A DNA stretch of 64,000 bases, taken from contig OZ250169.1 of assembly GCA_965237955.1 (NCBI GenBank), positions 3,072,001 to 3,136,000 of the forward strand, written 5' to 3'. The position numbers and the translations under genes are program-made. This document shows, piece by piece, positions 30,753-40,991 of the stretch. The notes beneath the pieces were generated by a model. The model ran no database searches. It was not told the origin of the DNA and saw only the letters and a list, made by a program, of their open reading frames with translations. How positions within the stretch are numbered: the first letter of the stretch is position 1; every line of letters starts with the position of its first letter. The DNA is from Candidatus Marinacidobacterales bacterium (GTDB lineage Bacteria > Acidobacteriota > Vicinamibacteria > Marinacidobacterales > SMYC01).

Positions 30753-31027
30753 TCCCACAGGAAACGGGGAGAAACAGATAGGCCGCGCCTACGGAGCACC
30801 GCGCCAGCCCTCGACCCTGGCGGGCACAGCCGAGTTTTGGCACAGGACGGGGAGCCGAACGAAGCCGTGCAGCGGCTTTCTTGCTAGCAGGCCTCGAAAG
30901 GATGTCTCTCTTCCCTGGTCCTTCTTTCATATCGAGACACGCTCCACGATGTTGCGAGTGACGTGCTGTCTACGCCGGTCATAGATCTTGGGACGAGGAC
31001 TTTCTCGCGGCCGAGCTTGGTGCGCTT

Positions 31028-31860
31028 GTGTCCGCGGACCTCGACTTCGACATCGGGCTCACCGGCTTCTCGATCCCTGAAATTGATGGAACTCTGGCGA
31101 CGGTCAAACCAGAGGAGCCGGGTGATCCGCGGGACGATGTCATCCCGGACGGGGCACCCTCCCGTGTCGACCCGGGTGACGTCTGGCAGCTCGGGGCGCA
31201 TCGTTTAATCTGTGGCGATGCGCTCGAACGGGGCGTGGTGACCACGCTGATGGCGGGCGAACAGGCCCGGATGGTCTTCACCGATCCTCCCTATAACGTT
31301 CCGATCGACGGGCATGCCGGCGGCTCCGGCAAGATCAAACACCGCGAGTTTGCGATGGCTTCCGGTGAGATGAGCAGAGAGGAGTTCACGGGGTTTCTTC
31401 AGCGTGCCTTCGAGCGTCTGGTCGAGCACAGCGTCGACGGCTCGATCCACTTCATTTGTATGGATTGGCGCCACATGCCCGAGATCCTCGCGGCTGGCGA
31501 GGCCGTCTTCGATGAGCTTAAAAACCTGATCGTTTGGGTGAAAGATAACGGCGGGATGGGCGCGTTCTATCGCTCGCGGCACGAGCTCATCTTCGCCTTC
31601 AAGCACGGGAAGGCACCACACATCAACACCTTCGAGCTTGGTCAACAACGGCCGGTATCGCACGAATGTGTGGCAGTACCGCGGTGTCAACACCCTGCGG
31701 CCGGGCCGGATGGAGGAACTTGCGCTGCACCCGACGGTCAAGCCGGTGCAGATGATCGCGGACGCCATCCGCGACGTCTCGGGCCGGGGCGATATCGTGC
31801 TCGATGTGTTTGGCGGGTCCGGCTCGACCCTGATAGCGGCGGAGAAGACTGGCCGGAGAT
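31028..31860 (+). pseudogene. Phage/element-type N6/N4 DNA methyltransferase remnant
   Basis: GDVWQLGAHRLICGD, FTDPPYN, then a frameshift at ~31645 to HPTVKP, LDVFGGSGST; truncated at both ends. Confidence 0.85.
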
Positions 31861-31952
31861 CTAAGCTGCTGATTTGTGGTCTATTTCAAAAGAGCCGAGT
31901 TTTGGCACAGGACGACGTTACCGTGTTGCTCTGTTCGGAGTAACCCGATTCG

Positions 31953-34550
31953 TCAAACCACCCCCGAAGAGAATTGAGTTCGTAAAAGCACGGCGAGCTT
32001 TGCCCGGACTTCCTGATAGACGGGGATGCCTTCGCCCGCCTCAATGGTAACCGCAACTCCGTAGCGGATACTCTGATCCAGAGAACCAGCTTGTTCCCTA
32101 CAGAATATGCGAAGCAGCACGTGCCCATCATCGATGAATGACACCGCTTTGCTGCCCTCGTATCGGGTATGGAACACGGTGCCACGGGGGACCGATTTAT
32201 CCGAGGGCTGACCGGCCGATCTTTTCACTCCCGCAGCGTCTTCGAATTTCGTGATGGCGCTCACTACCAGCTTCGCTCGGCGATACGCCTGATGACGAGG
32301 GTTGATCGGCGAAAACCAGGTGACCGTGATCGTTACCGCTCTCGGCTCGGTGACCATTTCCAGGCTCGGCGGAAGAGGAATTCGATGGATATTCGTTTGA
32401 CGGGCCTCAATGGCTCCGTGCCCGACCAGTGTCGCCCGGTTCGGAGCGCATGAGATGGCTTCCTTAACATCAGGGAACCCATACCCCAACAGACGCGCAA
32501 TGTTGTCGCGTCTTACGACATGACTTCCCTGCCCATGCGGGCCATAGAGCTGGTCCAAAATGTCCGCACGGTTCCCCCATTTTGACCGATGAACGAGTAG
32601 CGCCTTAATCACGACCGCGTAGAATTGCGGATCCATGTCCGTGTGCATAGACCCGCCGGCTGCATCCATCAGCGCCTCGAACAATCGATGTGCCGCTCGC
32701 GTGGCGAGGGCCGTGGCAGCACTGGTTCCCTGTGTCAAGCACACGCGATCTAGATTTCCTCCGGCATCCGGAGACGCCGCGCTCAAGCCATATCGCCCCC
32801 CGGGAACGACAATGAGTGTCCCGCTGCTCGCCTGAAGCCTTACATGCTCACGGCCGCCTGGCAGGTAGACATCGGGTTTGACGACCTTCCGGTGACCCAG
32901 GCCCAAAGCTGAGCTTATGTTGGGAAGGTCCCCGTTTTCGTAGGGATCTGCTGCTCCCGCACCTCGAGGCGCGTTAACTGCGTCGTCATGCAATGCGCCG
33001 ACCGTGACGATGTTCAGCGCTTCCGCCGGTGACAGAAGCGTGCGACGCTCTTTTTGATCGGAGAGAGCCCGGAGCACCGCGCGCTCTCGCTCTACGGGCT
33101 CTGCATCTTCGAAACTCGTCCAGTCGGAGAAGTCGCCTATCGGCAAAGGCAGATCTATGTTTCCGGCGCTTACCAGAAAGAGAATTCCATATCGGTCGGC
33201 AAGATAATCGAGAAGTTTCGCCCAGGGGCTCATGGGACCGCTAAAGGGCCGTCTCGGATCGCCCAAGGAAAGATTCACGAGGAACACCGCCGGGGCTGTC
33301 GCTTGGCTGATCCCGTCTCCTTCCTTCATGCGTCTGATGGCGCGGTAGATCACGTCAACCAAAAGGTGATCCTGTCTTGACTGCTCACGAACGCCGTTTC
33401 CTGGCGCGTACAGGACCGGCCGCAGGTGGAGCCTGCGCTGGATCGATGGCTCGTGACGGTTTCTGTCTCCGTGCAAAATCAGCGACGCCATCGCCGTGCC
33501 GTGATAACGTTCAGTGAGGACGCTCATAGGTTCAAGGTTGTCCGCGTCGTCGACATCAAGCCTGCGGCTCAGCAGTTGGTGGTTCTGTACCGGCAGGCCG
33601 TCGAGTAGCGCCGCAATGGGCGACAGATCGCCGGGAGATTCCACGGGAGCCCTCGATCCAGCTTCGGTTTCATCGGCCGGTTCCGGAACATCGACCGACG
33701 ATTGCGGGCGCAGAAACATCGCGTCGTCGCAGACCGCCAGAGGGATCTCCTCGCGGGCAATCAGACGCTCGATTTCAGAAGACGGCAGGTCGATCAGCGC
33801 CGCTTCGTAACCAATTTCCTCAATGACCGCATGATCGACGACGTTCCCGCCAGCACTGGAAATGGCCTCCTCGAGTCGTCGGTATGCCATTTCTCTGAGC
33901 GACATGCTCTCCCGAAACCACAATTCCACTTCGATCCGGCGTATGGCTGTTGGATCGGCTTCGACCTCCTCACGCCAGCACTCTATGGTCTCATCCGTAA
34001 GCCTATCGACCGGACCCCACGGTCGAATGTCCTTCAAACCCGCAAACAGGTCCCGCCATCGCCCCCAACCGGAGGGAAGATCCCTTTCGCGCTGCCAACG
34101 ATTCCACAACGACAGCAATTCCCTCAGCGCACTAACATCGGGCATGGCGAGATAGAGCCGTCCGCCGACCGGCTTGTCCGTTCGAGGTTGTCCCCTCTTA
34201 CCCTTGCGGGTATCTACCTTGAAAAAATCGTCGTCCGGCTCGAACTCCATCTCTTCGTCGGCAAGAAATTCCAAGCCTTTCACTTGCTTCACGAGTGCGT
34301 AGAAATCACCAATCGACCCGGCGACCTCCAACACGAGCGCACGCTCAGGTGCGATGCGCGATGCATCGTCACGGAGCGAAAGCCCATTGCGGTCCGCCTC
34401 CAAAACGCTCTGGAGGCGTTCGAATTTCGATCCGAGACGTTGCCCCTGCCTCTCTGGGGTCAATCTTGGAAAATCTGGTGGGAAAGATGACGACTTCGGC
34501 GAGTCACCCTGCTCGAATCTCGGCAGGGGCAGAAGCGGATACTCCGGCAT
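31953..34550 (-). CDS. S8 subtilisin-like serine peptidase (IetS-like)
   Basis: Catalytic triad LLDG / HGTAMAS / GTSAA, VSAGN, KPD; no signal peptide. Confidence 0.9.
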   Translation of the reverse strand: MPEYPLLPLPRFEQGDSPKSSSFPPDFPRLTPERQGQRLGSKFERLQSVLEADRNGLSLRDDASRIAPERALVLEVAGSIGDFYALVKQVKGLEFLADEEMEFEPDDDFFKVDTRKGKRGQPRTDKPVGGRLYLAMPDVSALRELLSLWNRWQRERDLPSGWGRWRDLFAGLKDIRPWGPVDRLTDETIECWREEVEADPTAIRRIEVELWFRESMSLREMAYRRLEEAISSAGGNVVDHAVIEEIGYEAALIDLPSSEIERLIAREEIPLAVCDDAMFLRPQSSVDVPEPADETEAGSRAPVESPGDLSPIAALLDGLPVQNHQLLSRRLDVDDADNLEPMSVLTERYHGTAMASLILHGDRNRHEPSIQRRLHLRPVLYAPGNGVREQSRQDHLLVDVIYRAIRRMKEGDGISQATAPAVFLVNLSLGDPRRPFSGPMSPWAKLLDYLADRYGILFLVSAGNIDLPLPIGDFSDWTSFEDAEPVERERAVLRALSDQKERRTLLSPAEALNIVTVGALHDDAVNAPRGAGAADPYENGDLPNISSALGLGHRKVVKPDVYLPGGREHVRLQASSGTLIVVPGGRYGLSAASPDAGGNLDRVCLTQGTSAATALATRAAHRLFEALMDAAGGSMHTDMDPQFYAVVIKALLVHRSKWGNRADILDQLYGPHGQGSHVVRRDNIARLLGYGFPDVKEAISCAPNRATLVGHGAIEARQTNIHRIPLPPSLEMVTEPRAVTITVTWFSPINPRHQAYRRAKLVVSAITKFEDAAGVKRSAGQPSDKSVPRGTVFHTRYEGSKAVSFIDDGHVLLRIFCREQAGSLDQSIRYGVAVTIEAGEGIPVYQEVRAKLAVLLRTQFSSGVV

Positions 34551-34557
34551 GAGCGGC

Positions 34558-35538
34558 TCAGGTGGCGTCCGGTTGACGCGCTCTCGCCTCCCACAGCTTT
34601 AACTGTTCGTCGACAATTGTTTTTAAGGGTTTCTCGCCCATTGACAATGTATGGCGTCTGCAGACGCCGTAGCAGAACTCTTCCGCTTCCGCATAGCTGA
34701 TCTTGCCCAGGGACTTGGCTATCGTTTCCGCGCTGAGCCCCAGGGGCTCGTCCACCCTGCTCGCAAACGCTTCGAGGTAACTGCAGATTTGAGCCCGTGT
34801 CGGAGCTGGCAACTCCAAACGGAGTTGGAAGCGCCGCCAGACGGCACGGTCGAGAAGCTCCGAATGGTTGGACGCCGTTACGACTACCGTATAGCTCGGC
34901 AGGTCATCAATTTGCATCAACAACGACGTCACCACGCGCTTGATTTCACCCGTCTCGTTCACGTCGCCGCGTTCCTTGCCCACGGCATCAAACTCGTCGA
35001 AGAAAAGGACGCACGGCGTCGTCCGCGCGTAATCGAAGACGCGCCTCAGACGGCTCGCCGTCTCGCCCAGGAAACTGCCGATAATCGCATCGTAACGAAC
35101 GACGAAAAACTGAACTGCAAGCGCCTCCGCAATAGCCTCGGCCAATGAAGTTTTCCCGTTGCCTGGCGGACCCACCAGCAGCACTCGGTGGCGTGGCTCC
35201 AGGCTGTGCGAACGCAACAAATCGGCGCGGTGTTGTTCTTCGACAAGCTCGCGGCACGCCCGCTCACAGAGATCGGACAAAAAGAGGTCTTCAAAACGTT
35301 TTCGAGGCGGGACTTCCAGAACGTAGTCCCGGGCGCGCATGGCGGGCTCCACCGCGACGAATCCGGTGGGACTACCGTTGCGGTTGTCTCGCAACACGCG
35401 CGTCAAGCGCTCGGCAAGAACATTGTGCTGTTTGGCGCGCTCTTCCGCGATGATCGCTTCAACGGTGGCGGTCAGTTCTTTCCTGTCCCCCGAGGCACCC
35501 GCCCGGACGAGAGACACAAGAAGGTCGCTACGAGCCAT
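34558..35538 (-). CDS. AAA+ ATPase (IetA-like)
   Basis: RBS AGGAGG then MARSDLL; GPPGNGKT, LFFDEFD, ASNH..LLDRAVWRRF; 7 bp upstream of the S8 gene. Confidence 0.9.
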   Translation of the reverse strand: MARSDLLVSLVRAGASGDRKELTATVEAIIAEERAKQHNVLAERLTRVLRDNRNGSPTGFVAVEPAMRARDYVLEVPPRKRFEDLFLSDLCERACRELVEEQHRADLLRSHSLEPRHRVLLVGPPGNGKTSLAEAIAEALAVQFFVVRYDAIIGSFLGETASRLRRVFDYARTTPCVLFFDEFDAVGKERGDVNETGEIKRVVTSLLMQIDDLPSYTVVVTASNHSELLDRAVWRRFQLRLELPAPTRAQICSYLEAFASRVDEPLGLSAETIAKSLGKISYAEAEEFCYGVCRRHTLSMGEKPLKTIVDEQLKLWEARARQPDAT

Positions 35539-35617
35539 TCCGCCTCCTCCGGCGATCCTTTCCCTGCCGTGCCCGTTTCGAGCAGATCGCCCCATTCCTG
35601 GTATCTGACAACCTTAA

Positions 35618-35806
35618 CCCTAATCGCAAAATCTTCGAAGCACGAAAACGCGAAACAGCCGCACTGGGCGCAGGCGAGAAGCTCGTGCTGGGGCACCCGC
35701 TCGCCGCCACTATAGGTGATTCTGCACGGTGTATGCAGAGCCTGGAAAAGGTGCTATTCACGGAGCCAAAGACCTCAGACACGGTGACGTTTATTTGCGA
35801 TTAGGG
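35618..35806. mobile_element. 189-bp MITE with TTAA TSD
   Basis: TTAA|CCCTAATCGCAAA ... TTTGCGATTAGGG|TTAA. Confidence 0.88.
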
Positions 35807-35905
35807 TTAAGTCATACATCACGGAGGAATTAGCTACTTCGAGCCAGCATATTCTCGCCATCATGCGCGGTGCTGTCAAGTTAGCGGGGCGCAATCGACT
35901 TCCGT

Positions 35906-36365
35906 TCATGCGGAGCGGTATGCCCAGAAGGCATCCCAAGTCCCGGTGCTGCGGTAGACGGAGCGCAGGGCCAACATGGCGTCTGCACCGCGGGCACGCC
36001 AGCGCATTCCCGAACGCTTCATTCGCTGCTGAACCACGTGATTCACAGCGCTCTCCACCGCGCCGCTGCCGATGTCATAACCGCTGTGGCGAAAGCTTTT
36101 GTAGAACATCCTCTGGCGATTGTTCTCGAGGTAGCTCTCTAGCTCGTCTATCTGTTTACGTTTTTCCGCAGAGCGCTGGCCTCTCTTGACGAACCCCAAG
36201 CCTTGGATGACTTTGTCCACCTCGTCTTCCCACAGCCGAGCGAGCTGGACCTTACGCCATTTCTTGGCTTTGTCCGTCCCGTCACCATAGAGCACTCGCG
36301 CCAGGTGACTGATGTGTTCGTCCGCATGATACCAATCAAGGATCTCTACTCGGTCCGGGAACAGC
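35906..36365 (-). pseudogene. ISKra4/UPF0236-type transposase C-terminal remnant
   Basis: DWYHADEH, YLENN, IGSGAVES, RMKRSGMRW motifs. Confidence 0.8.
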
Positions 36366-36378
36366 CTGTGCCTTCTAA

Positions 36379-36567
36379 CCCTAATCGCAAATAAACGTCA
36401 CCGTGTCTGAGGTCTTTGGCCCCGTGAATAGCACCTTTTCCAGGTTCTGCATACACCGTGCAGAATCACCTATAGTGGCGGCGAGCGGGTGCCCCAGCAC
36501 GAGCTTCTCGCCTGCGCCCAGTGCGGCTGTTTCGCGTTTTCGTGCTTCGAAGATTTTGCGATTAGGG
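36379..36567. mobile_element. 189-bp MITE with CTAA TSD (inverted copy)
   Basis: CTAA|CCCTAATCGCAAA ... TTTGCGATTAGGG|CTAA. Confidence 0.88.
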
Positions 36568-36734
36568 CTAATTATTCATCCGCGCGCCCGGAACTTGATT
36601 AGTCTCCGGTCTGCCGGCACCATGCCGGCATGATTTCGTCGTTGGTTCCCGCTCTCATCTCTTGTGTTCCGCAAAAAGTCGATCCGGCGGTACGCGGTCT
36701 TCTTTTTTGCAGATCGCAGCTCCGGCGTCGCCCG

Positions 36735-36925
36735 GCAGGTGGCGATGAAGCCAGGCAAGCGTCGCCTGCTCGGCAGGGACGGCGCCGAGGCGGCGGAGAA
36801 GTGCACAGCGTCGGTACGGGCGCAGGTGGAGCATCCGTTCCTATACGTGAAGCGGCACTTCGGGTACCGCAAGGTCCGCTACCGGGGGCTGGCGAAGAAC
36901 ACGCAGCGCATCGCTCTGCTGCCCG
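36735..36925 (+). pseudogene. IS5-subgroup transposase remnant
   Basis: ASVRAQVEHPF.YVKRHFGYRKVRYRGLAKN motif. Confidence 0.75.
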
Positions 36926-37012
36926 CTCGATGGCGACCAGGTGCGCGATGACCTCGACGGCCTCGGCCGCCTTCGCCCTGCGCGCGAGCTGGTTCAGGTT
37001 GTTGCCGATGAG
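36926..37012 (-). pseudogene. mobC: MobC relaxosome protein remnant
   Basis: Minus strand reads IGNNLNQLARRA, the MobC signature. Confidence 0.6.
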
Positions 37013-37269
37013 ACACTAAGTTGCTGGTTTATGGCCTATTTCAAAAGGGCCGAGTTTTGGCACAGGACGGGCGCGATCTCTTCCCAACGCTCCAGTTGTG
37101 CGAGCAGCATGTACTGTTGCCAGCGCGCTTTGCCGTCGCCGCCCGATTCGGCATTCCGAAGATCGGCCAAGGCGTGTTCGATGCCGGTTTCCAGGTCGAG
37201 GGACGGCTCATGCCTAGACTCCATCGCTGTCAACTGAGATTGCCAGAAATCCCAGAGGGGTTGTGCTGA

Positions 37270-40266
37270 ATCACGGATGAACAGCTCCTTCGTTCGCTCA
37301 AGAATCCCGCGGTCGAGCTGCTTGATTTCCTCGGCTACACCTACGTTCCACCCGAATCCCTTGAAGGCGAACGCCAGGGCTTTAAGGAAACGAACCTCAC
37401 CGGACGCCTCGCATCGGCCCTTAAGCGACTGAATCCCTGGCTCTCCGAAACGAATGTCGCCAAGGCAGTGAAGACGGTGACGCACGTCGCTGCGGCCAGT
37501 CTCACGGAGGCGAACGAGAAAGTCTATACATCGCTCACCTACGGCATCGCGTTGGAGCAGGATCGGGGCGACGGACGGAAAAGCCATACAGTCCGGTTCT
37601 TCGACTTCGATCGGCCTGACCGCAACGAATGGATTGTTACCCGTCAGTACAAGGTGCTCGGGTCGAAGAAGCACATCGTCCCGGATGTCGTGGTGTTCGT
37701 CAACGGCCTCCCGCTCGCCGTCATCGAATGCAAGAGCCCGACCATCGGCGATGCCTGGAAGGCGAAGGCGATCCAGCAGCTCCACCGGTACCAGGAGGCT
37801 GGCACGCAGTGGAAGGACCAGGGGGCACCGAGGCTCTGCGAGGTGGCGCAGATTCTCGTCGGAACCTGTGGCGAACGGGCCGTCTACGGAACGGTCGGCA
37901 CGCCGGAGCGGTTCTTCCTGAAATGGAAGGAGCCGTACCCTCTAAGCGTAAAGCAACTCGGTGAGCGGCTCGGGCGCAAGCCAACGCCGCAGGACGTCTT
38001 GCTGTATGGATTACTCGAGCCGCGCAATCTGCTCGACATCGTGCGGAACTTCGTCGTTTTCGAGGTCGAAGGCGGCCGGAGCGTCCGCAAACTGGCACGC
38101 TATAAGCAGTTCATCGCCGTGAACGAGGCCATGGGCCGGATTCGTACGGCTCGGAAGCCTAGCGAGCGCGGCGGTATCGTTTGGCACACACAGGGTTCGG
38201 GCAAGAGCCTGACGATGCTATGGCTTGCACTCAAGCTCCGGCGTGACGCTGCCCAGCAGCAGCCTACCATTGTGATCGTCACCGACCGCACCAAGCTCGA
38301 TCGGCAGATTGCGGGCGTGTTCACTGCGTGCGGGTTCCCGAATCCCGAGCGGGCATACAGTGTGCGCGAGCTGCGGCGAATCCTGGAACATCCGACCGGC
38401 AGGACGGTGATGACCACGATCCAGAAGTTCCAGGAGATCACCGACACCGACCAGCGGGGGGCGGTCCACCCGACACTGTCCGAGGCCACCAACATCTTCG
38501 TCATGGTGGACGAAGCCCACCGCACGCAGTACAGGAGCCTGGCGGCGAACATGCGGCAGGCGCTGCCCAATGCGTGCTTTCTCGGCTTCACCGGCACGCC
38601 AATCGATAAGAAGGACCGCAGCACGCTGCGGACGTTCGGTCCTTACATCGATACCTACACGATTGAGCAGGCAGTTCAGGACGGGGCAACGGTGCCGATC
38701 TTCTACGAGAGTCGGCTCCCCGAGCTGCAGATCATCGGACAGACCATCGATCAGGTATTCGAGCGTGTATTTGCCGATTACACCGAGGACGAACGGACCG
38801 CTATCAAGCAGCGGTTTGCCACCGAGCAAGCGATTGCCGGCGCACCGCGTCGCATCGAGACGATTTGCCTGGACCTGATTGACCATTTCACCAGGTTCAT
38901 CGCACCGAATCGATTCAAGGCCCAGGTGGTGACCACGAGCCGCCACGCTGCGGTCACCTATAAGGAGACCCTGGACCGGCTGAACGGCCCTGAATCGGCT
39001 CTGATCGTGTCGTCGAGCAACAACGACGAGGAACGGCTGGCGCGCTGGCATCTGGGCAAGGAGCAACAAGACCGGCTCATCGAACGGTTCAAGGATCGGA
39101 ACGACCCGCTGTCCATTCTGGTGGTTTGCGACATGCTGTTGACCGGTTTCGACGCGCCGGTCGAGCAGGTCATGTATCTCGATGCGCCGCTCAAGGAACA
39201 CACGCTTCTGCAAGCCATCGCCCGGGTGAACCGGCCGCTCGGAGAGGAGAAGACCTACGGTTTGGTCGTGGACTACTGGGGCGTGTCGGCGAAGCTGCGG
39301 GATGCGCTCGCTGTCTTCTCGACCACGCATGTCCAAGAGGCGCTCATGCCAAAGGTGGACGAGTTGCCGCGTCTTCAGAGTCGGCATGCGGCGGCGATGA
39401 AGTTCTTCCGGATGGTCGAAGACACGAGCGACCTGGAAGCCTGTGTGCGGGTGCTGGAGCCGAAGGATGTCCGTGCGGAGTTCGACCTTGCGTTCCGCCG
39501 CTTCAGCCAGTCGATGGATATGATGCTGCCGGAGCAGCGTGCCCTCGCGTATAACACCGACCTGCGCTGGCTGGGAAAGATTCGTGGAACCGCGCGTGCC
39601 CGCTACCGGGATGACCGGCTCGACCTGTCGGGCTGCGGCGAGAAAGTGCGGAAGCTGATTGCCGACGCCGTAGTCGCGGACGGAATTCAGATCCTGGTCA
39701 CGAAGGTCCAGCTTTTCTCGCCGGAGTTTGAAGAGAAGGTCAATGCGCTCAAGACTGACGAGGCGAAGGCGAGCGAGATGGAGCACGCCATCCGTCACGA
39801 GATCAACGTCCGCGTGGAAGAAAACCCAGCCTTCTATCAGTCGCTGCGCGAACGGTTGGAAGAGATCATTGAACAGCGGCGGCTGGAACGGCTCGATGCC
39901 GCCAAGCAGCTGTCGCTTCTCAACAGCCTGCGCGAAGAACTGAAGGGCGAGCAGGCTCGGGCACAGGACATGGGGCTCGACGGGCGTGGCTTTGCCATCT
40001 ACGGGCTGCTGGAGCGGCAACGTCCGATGGCAGAAGGGGGAGATTCCACTTCGTACAACGCCGCCAACCGCGACCTCGCATCGCTCATCGACGAGGCGGC
40101 GGCACCCTTCACGGAGCTGGTCGACTGGTGGCAGAAGGATGACCTGCAGCGGCAGATGCGTAGCCAGATCAAGCGTCAGCTACGTGCCAGCGGCATCGCC
40201 GCCGAAGCAGTGGAATCGCTGGCGGCGGAAATTGTGGACTTGGCCAAGGTGAGAACCGACCGATGA
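37270..40266 (+). CDS. hsdR: Type I restriction endonuclease subunit R; native 5' codons apparently lost
   Basis: PDVVVFVNGLPL..IECK, HTQGSGKS, DEAHR, FTGTP, MLLTGFDAP, QAIARVNR; frame open from 37270 without an ATG, first GTG at 37468. Confidence 0.9.
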   Translation: MTDEQLLRSLKNPAVELLDFLGYTYVPPESLEGERQGFKETNLTGRLASALKRLNPWLSETNVAKAVKTVTHVAAASLTEANEKVYTSLTYGIALEQDRGDGRKSHTVRFFDFDRPDRNEWIVTRQYKVLGSKKHIVPDVVVFVNGLPLAVIECKSPTIGDAWKAKAIQQLHRYQEAGTQWKDQGAPRLCEVAQILVGTCGERAVYGTVGTPERFFLKWKEPYPLSVKQLGERLGRKPTPQDVLLYGLLEPRNLLDIVRNFVVFEVEGGRSVRKLARYKQFIAVNEAMGRIRTARKPSERGGIVWHTQGSGKSLTMLWLALKLRRDAAQQQPTIVIVTDRTKLDRQIAGVFTACGFPNPERAYSVRELRRILEHPTGRTVMTTIQKFQEITDTDQRGAVHPTLSEATNIFVMVDEAHRTQYRSLAANMRQALPNACFLGFTGTPIDKKDRSTLRTFGPYIDTYTIEQAVQDGATVPIFYESRLPELQIIGQTIDQVFERVFADYTEDERTAIKQRFATEQAIAGAPRRIETICLDLIDHFTRFIAPNRFKAQVVTTSRHAAVTYKETLDRLNGPESALIVSSSNNDEERLARWHLGKEQQDRLIERFKDRNDPLSILVVCDMLLTGFDAPVEQVMYLDAPLKEHTLLQAIARVNRPLGEEKTYGLVVDYWGVSAKLRDALAVFSTTHVQEALMPKVDELPRLQSRHAAAMKFFRMVEDTSDLEACVRVLEPKDVRAEFDLAFRRFSQSMDMMLPEQRALAYNTDLRWLGKIRGTARARYRDDRLDLSGCGEKVRKLIADAVVADGIQILVTKVQLFSPEFEEKVNALKTDEAKASEMEHAIRHEINVRVEENPAFYQSLRERLEEIIEQRRLERLDAAKQLSLLNSLREELKGEQARAQDMGLDGRGFAIYGLLERQRPMAEGGDSTSYNAANRDLASLIDEAAAPFTELVDWWQKDDLQRQMRSQIKRQLRASGIAAEAVESLAAEIVDLAKVRTDR

Positions 40267-40991
40267 GCACCCCGGAGACCTCTGCCATCGTCTGGGGTAA
40301 CAGACAACTGTCCTACAACATCCGCCGCAGCGCCCGTCGGAAGAAGACGGTGGCCGTGACGGTAGAGCCCTCCGGGAGTGTCCTGGTGATCGCTCCGGAA
40401 CGCCTTGCCACCGACCGACTCGACGCAATTGTGACCCGCAAGGCGGAATGGATCGTGCGACGCCTCCGGCGTGCGGAAGGCCAGGCTCCGCGCGCTTCGC
40501 CGCGCGAGTTCGTCAGCGGGGAGAGTGTCCTGTACCTGGGGCGGCACTACCGCTTGAAGGTCGATCCGCGCGCGACCGGTGAGGCGAAGCTGCGCGGCGG
40601 ATGGCTGCACGTACCCGCGCTGGGGGAAACGCATCAGACCGCTCACGTGCGAGCCGCTTTGGTGTCCTGGTTCCGCCGTCAAGCCGCCGAACGGCTTCCG
40701 GAACGGATGGAGGCATGGCGGTCGAAGGTGGGTACTCCAGTGCCCCGCGTCATCGTCGCGGACCAACAGAAACGCTGGGGAAGCTGCAACCAGCGTGACA
40801 CCATTCGGCTGAACTGGCGCATCATCCAGGCGCCGATGCGGCTCATCGACTACGTCCTCGTCCACGAGCTGGTGCATCTGCGCCACCGCGGCCACAGTCG
40901 CAGCTACTGGTAGGCCGTCGGACGGGTTATGCCGGACTACGAGCGGCGCCGAGAGGAACTGCGGCAGTGCGGACCCGGGTTGGCGTGGTAG
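40263..40991 (+). pseudogene. M48/YgjP-like (DUF45) metal-dependent hydrolase with internal TAG at 40911
   Basis: YLGRHY, RWGSC, YVLVHELVH; homologous reading continues past the TAG (AVGRVMPDYERRR). Confidence 0.8.

Noticed and set aside
35618-36567. Inverted MITE pair as a composite transposon or invertible segment around the ISKra4 remnant
   Set aside because: Each copy has its own distinct TSD (TTAA, CTAA), indicating independent insertions.
38218-40020. 600-aa minus-strand ORF (also 14284-15636, 861-1943, 24204-25142)
   Set aside because: Antisense shadows of well-supported GC-rich genes.
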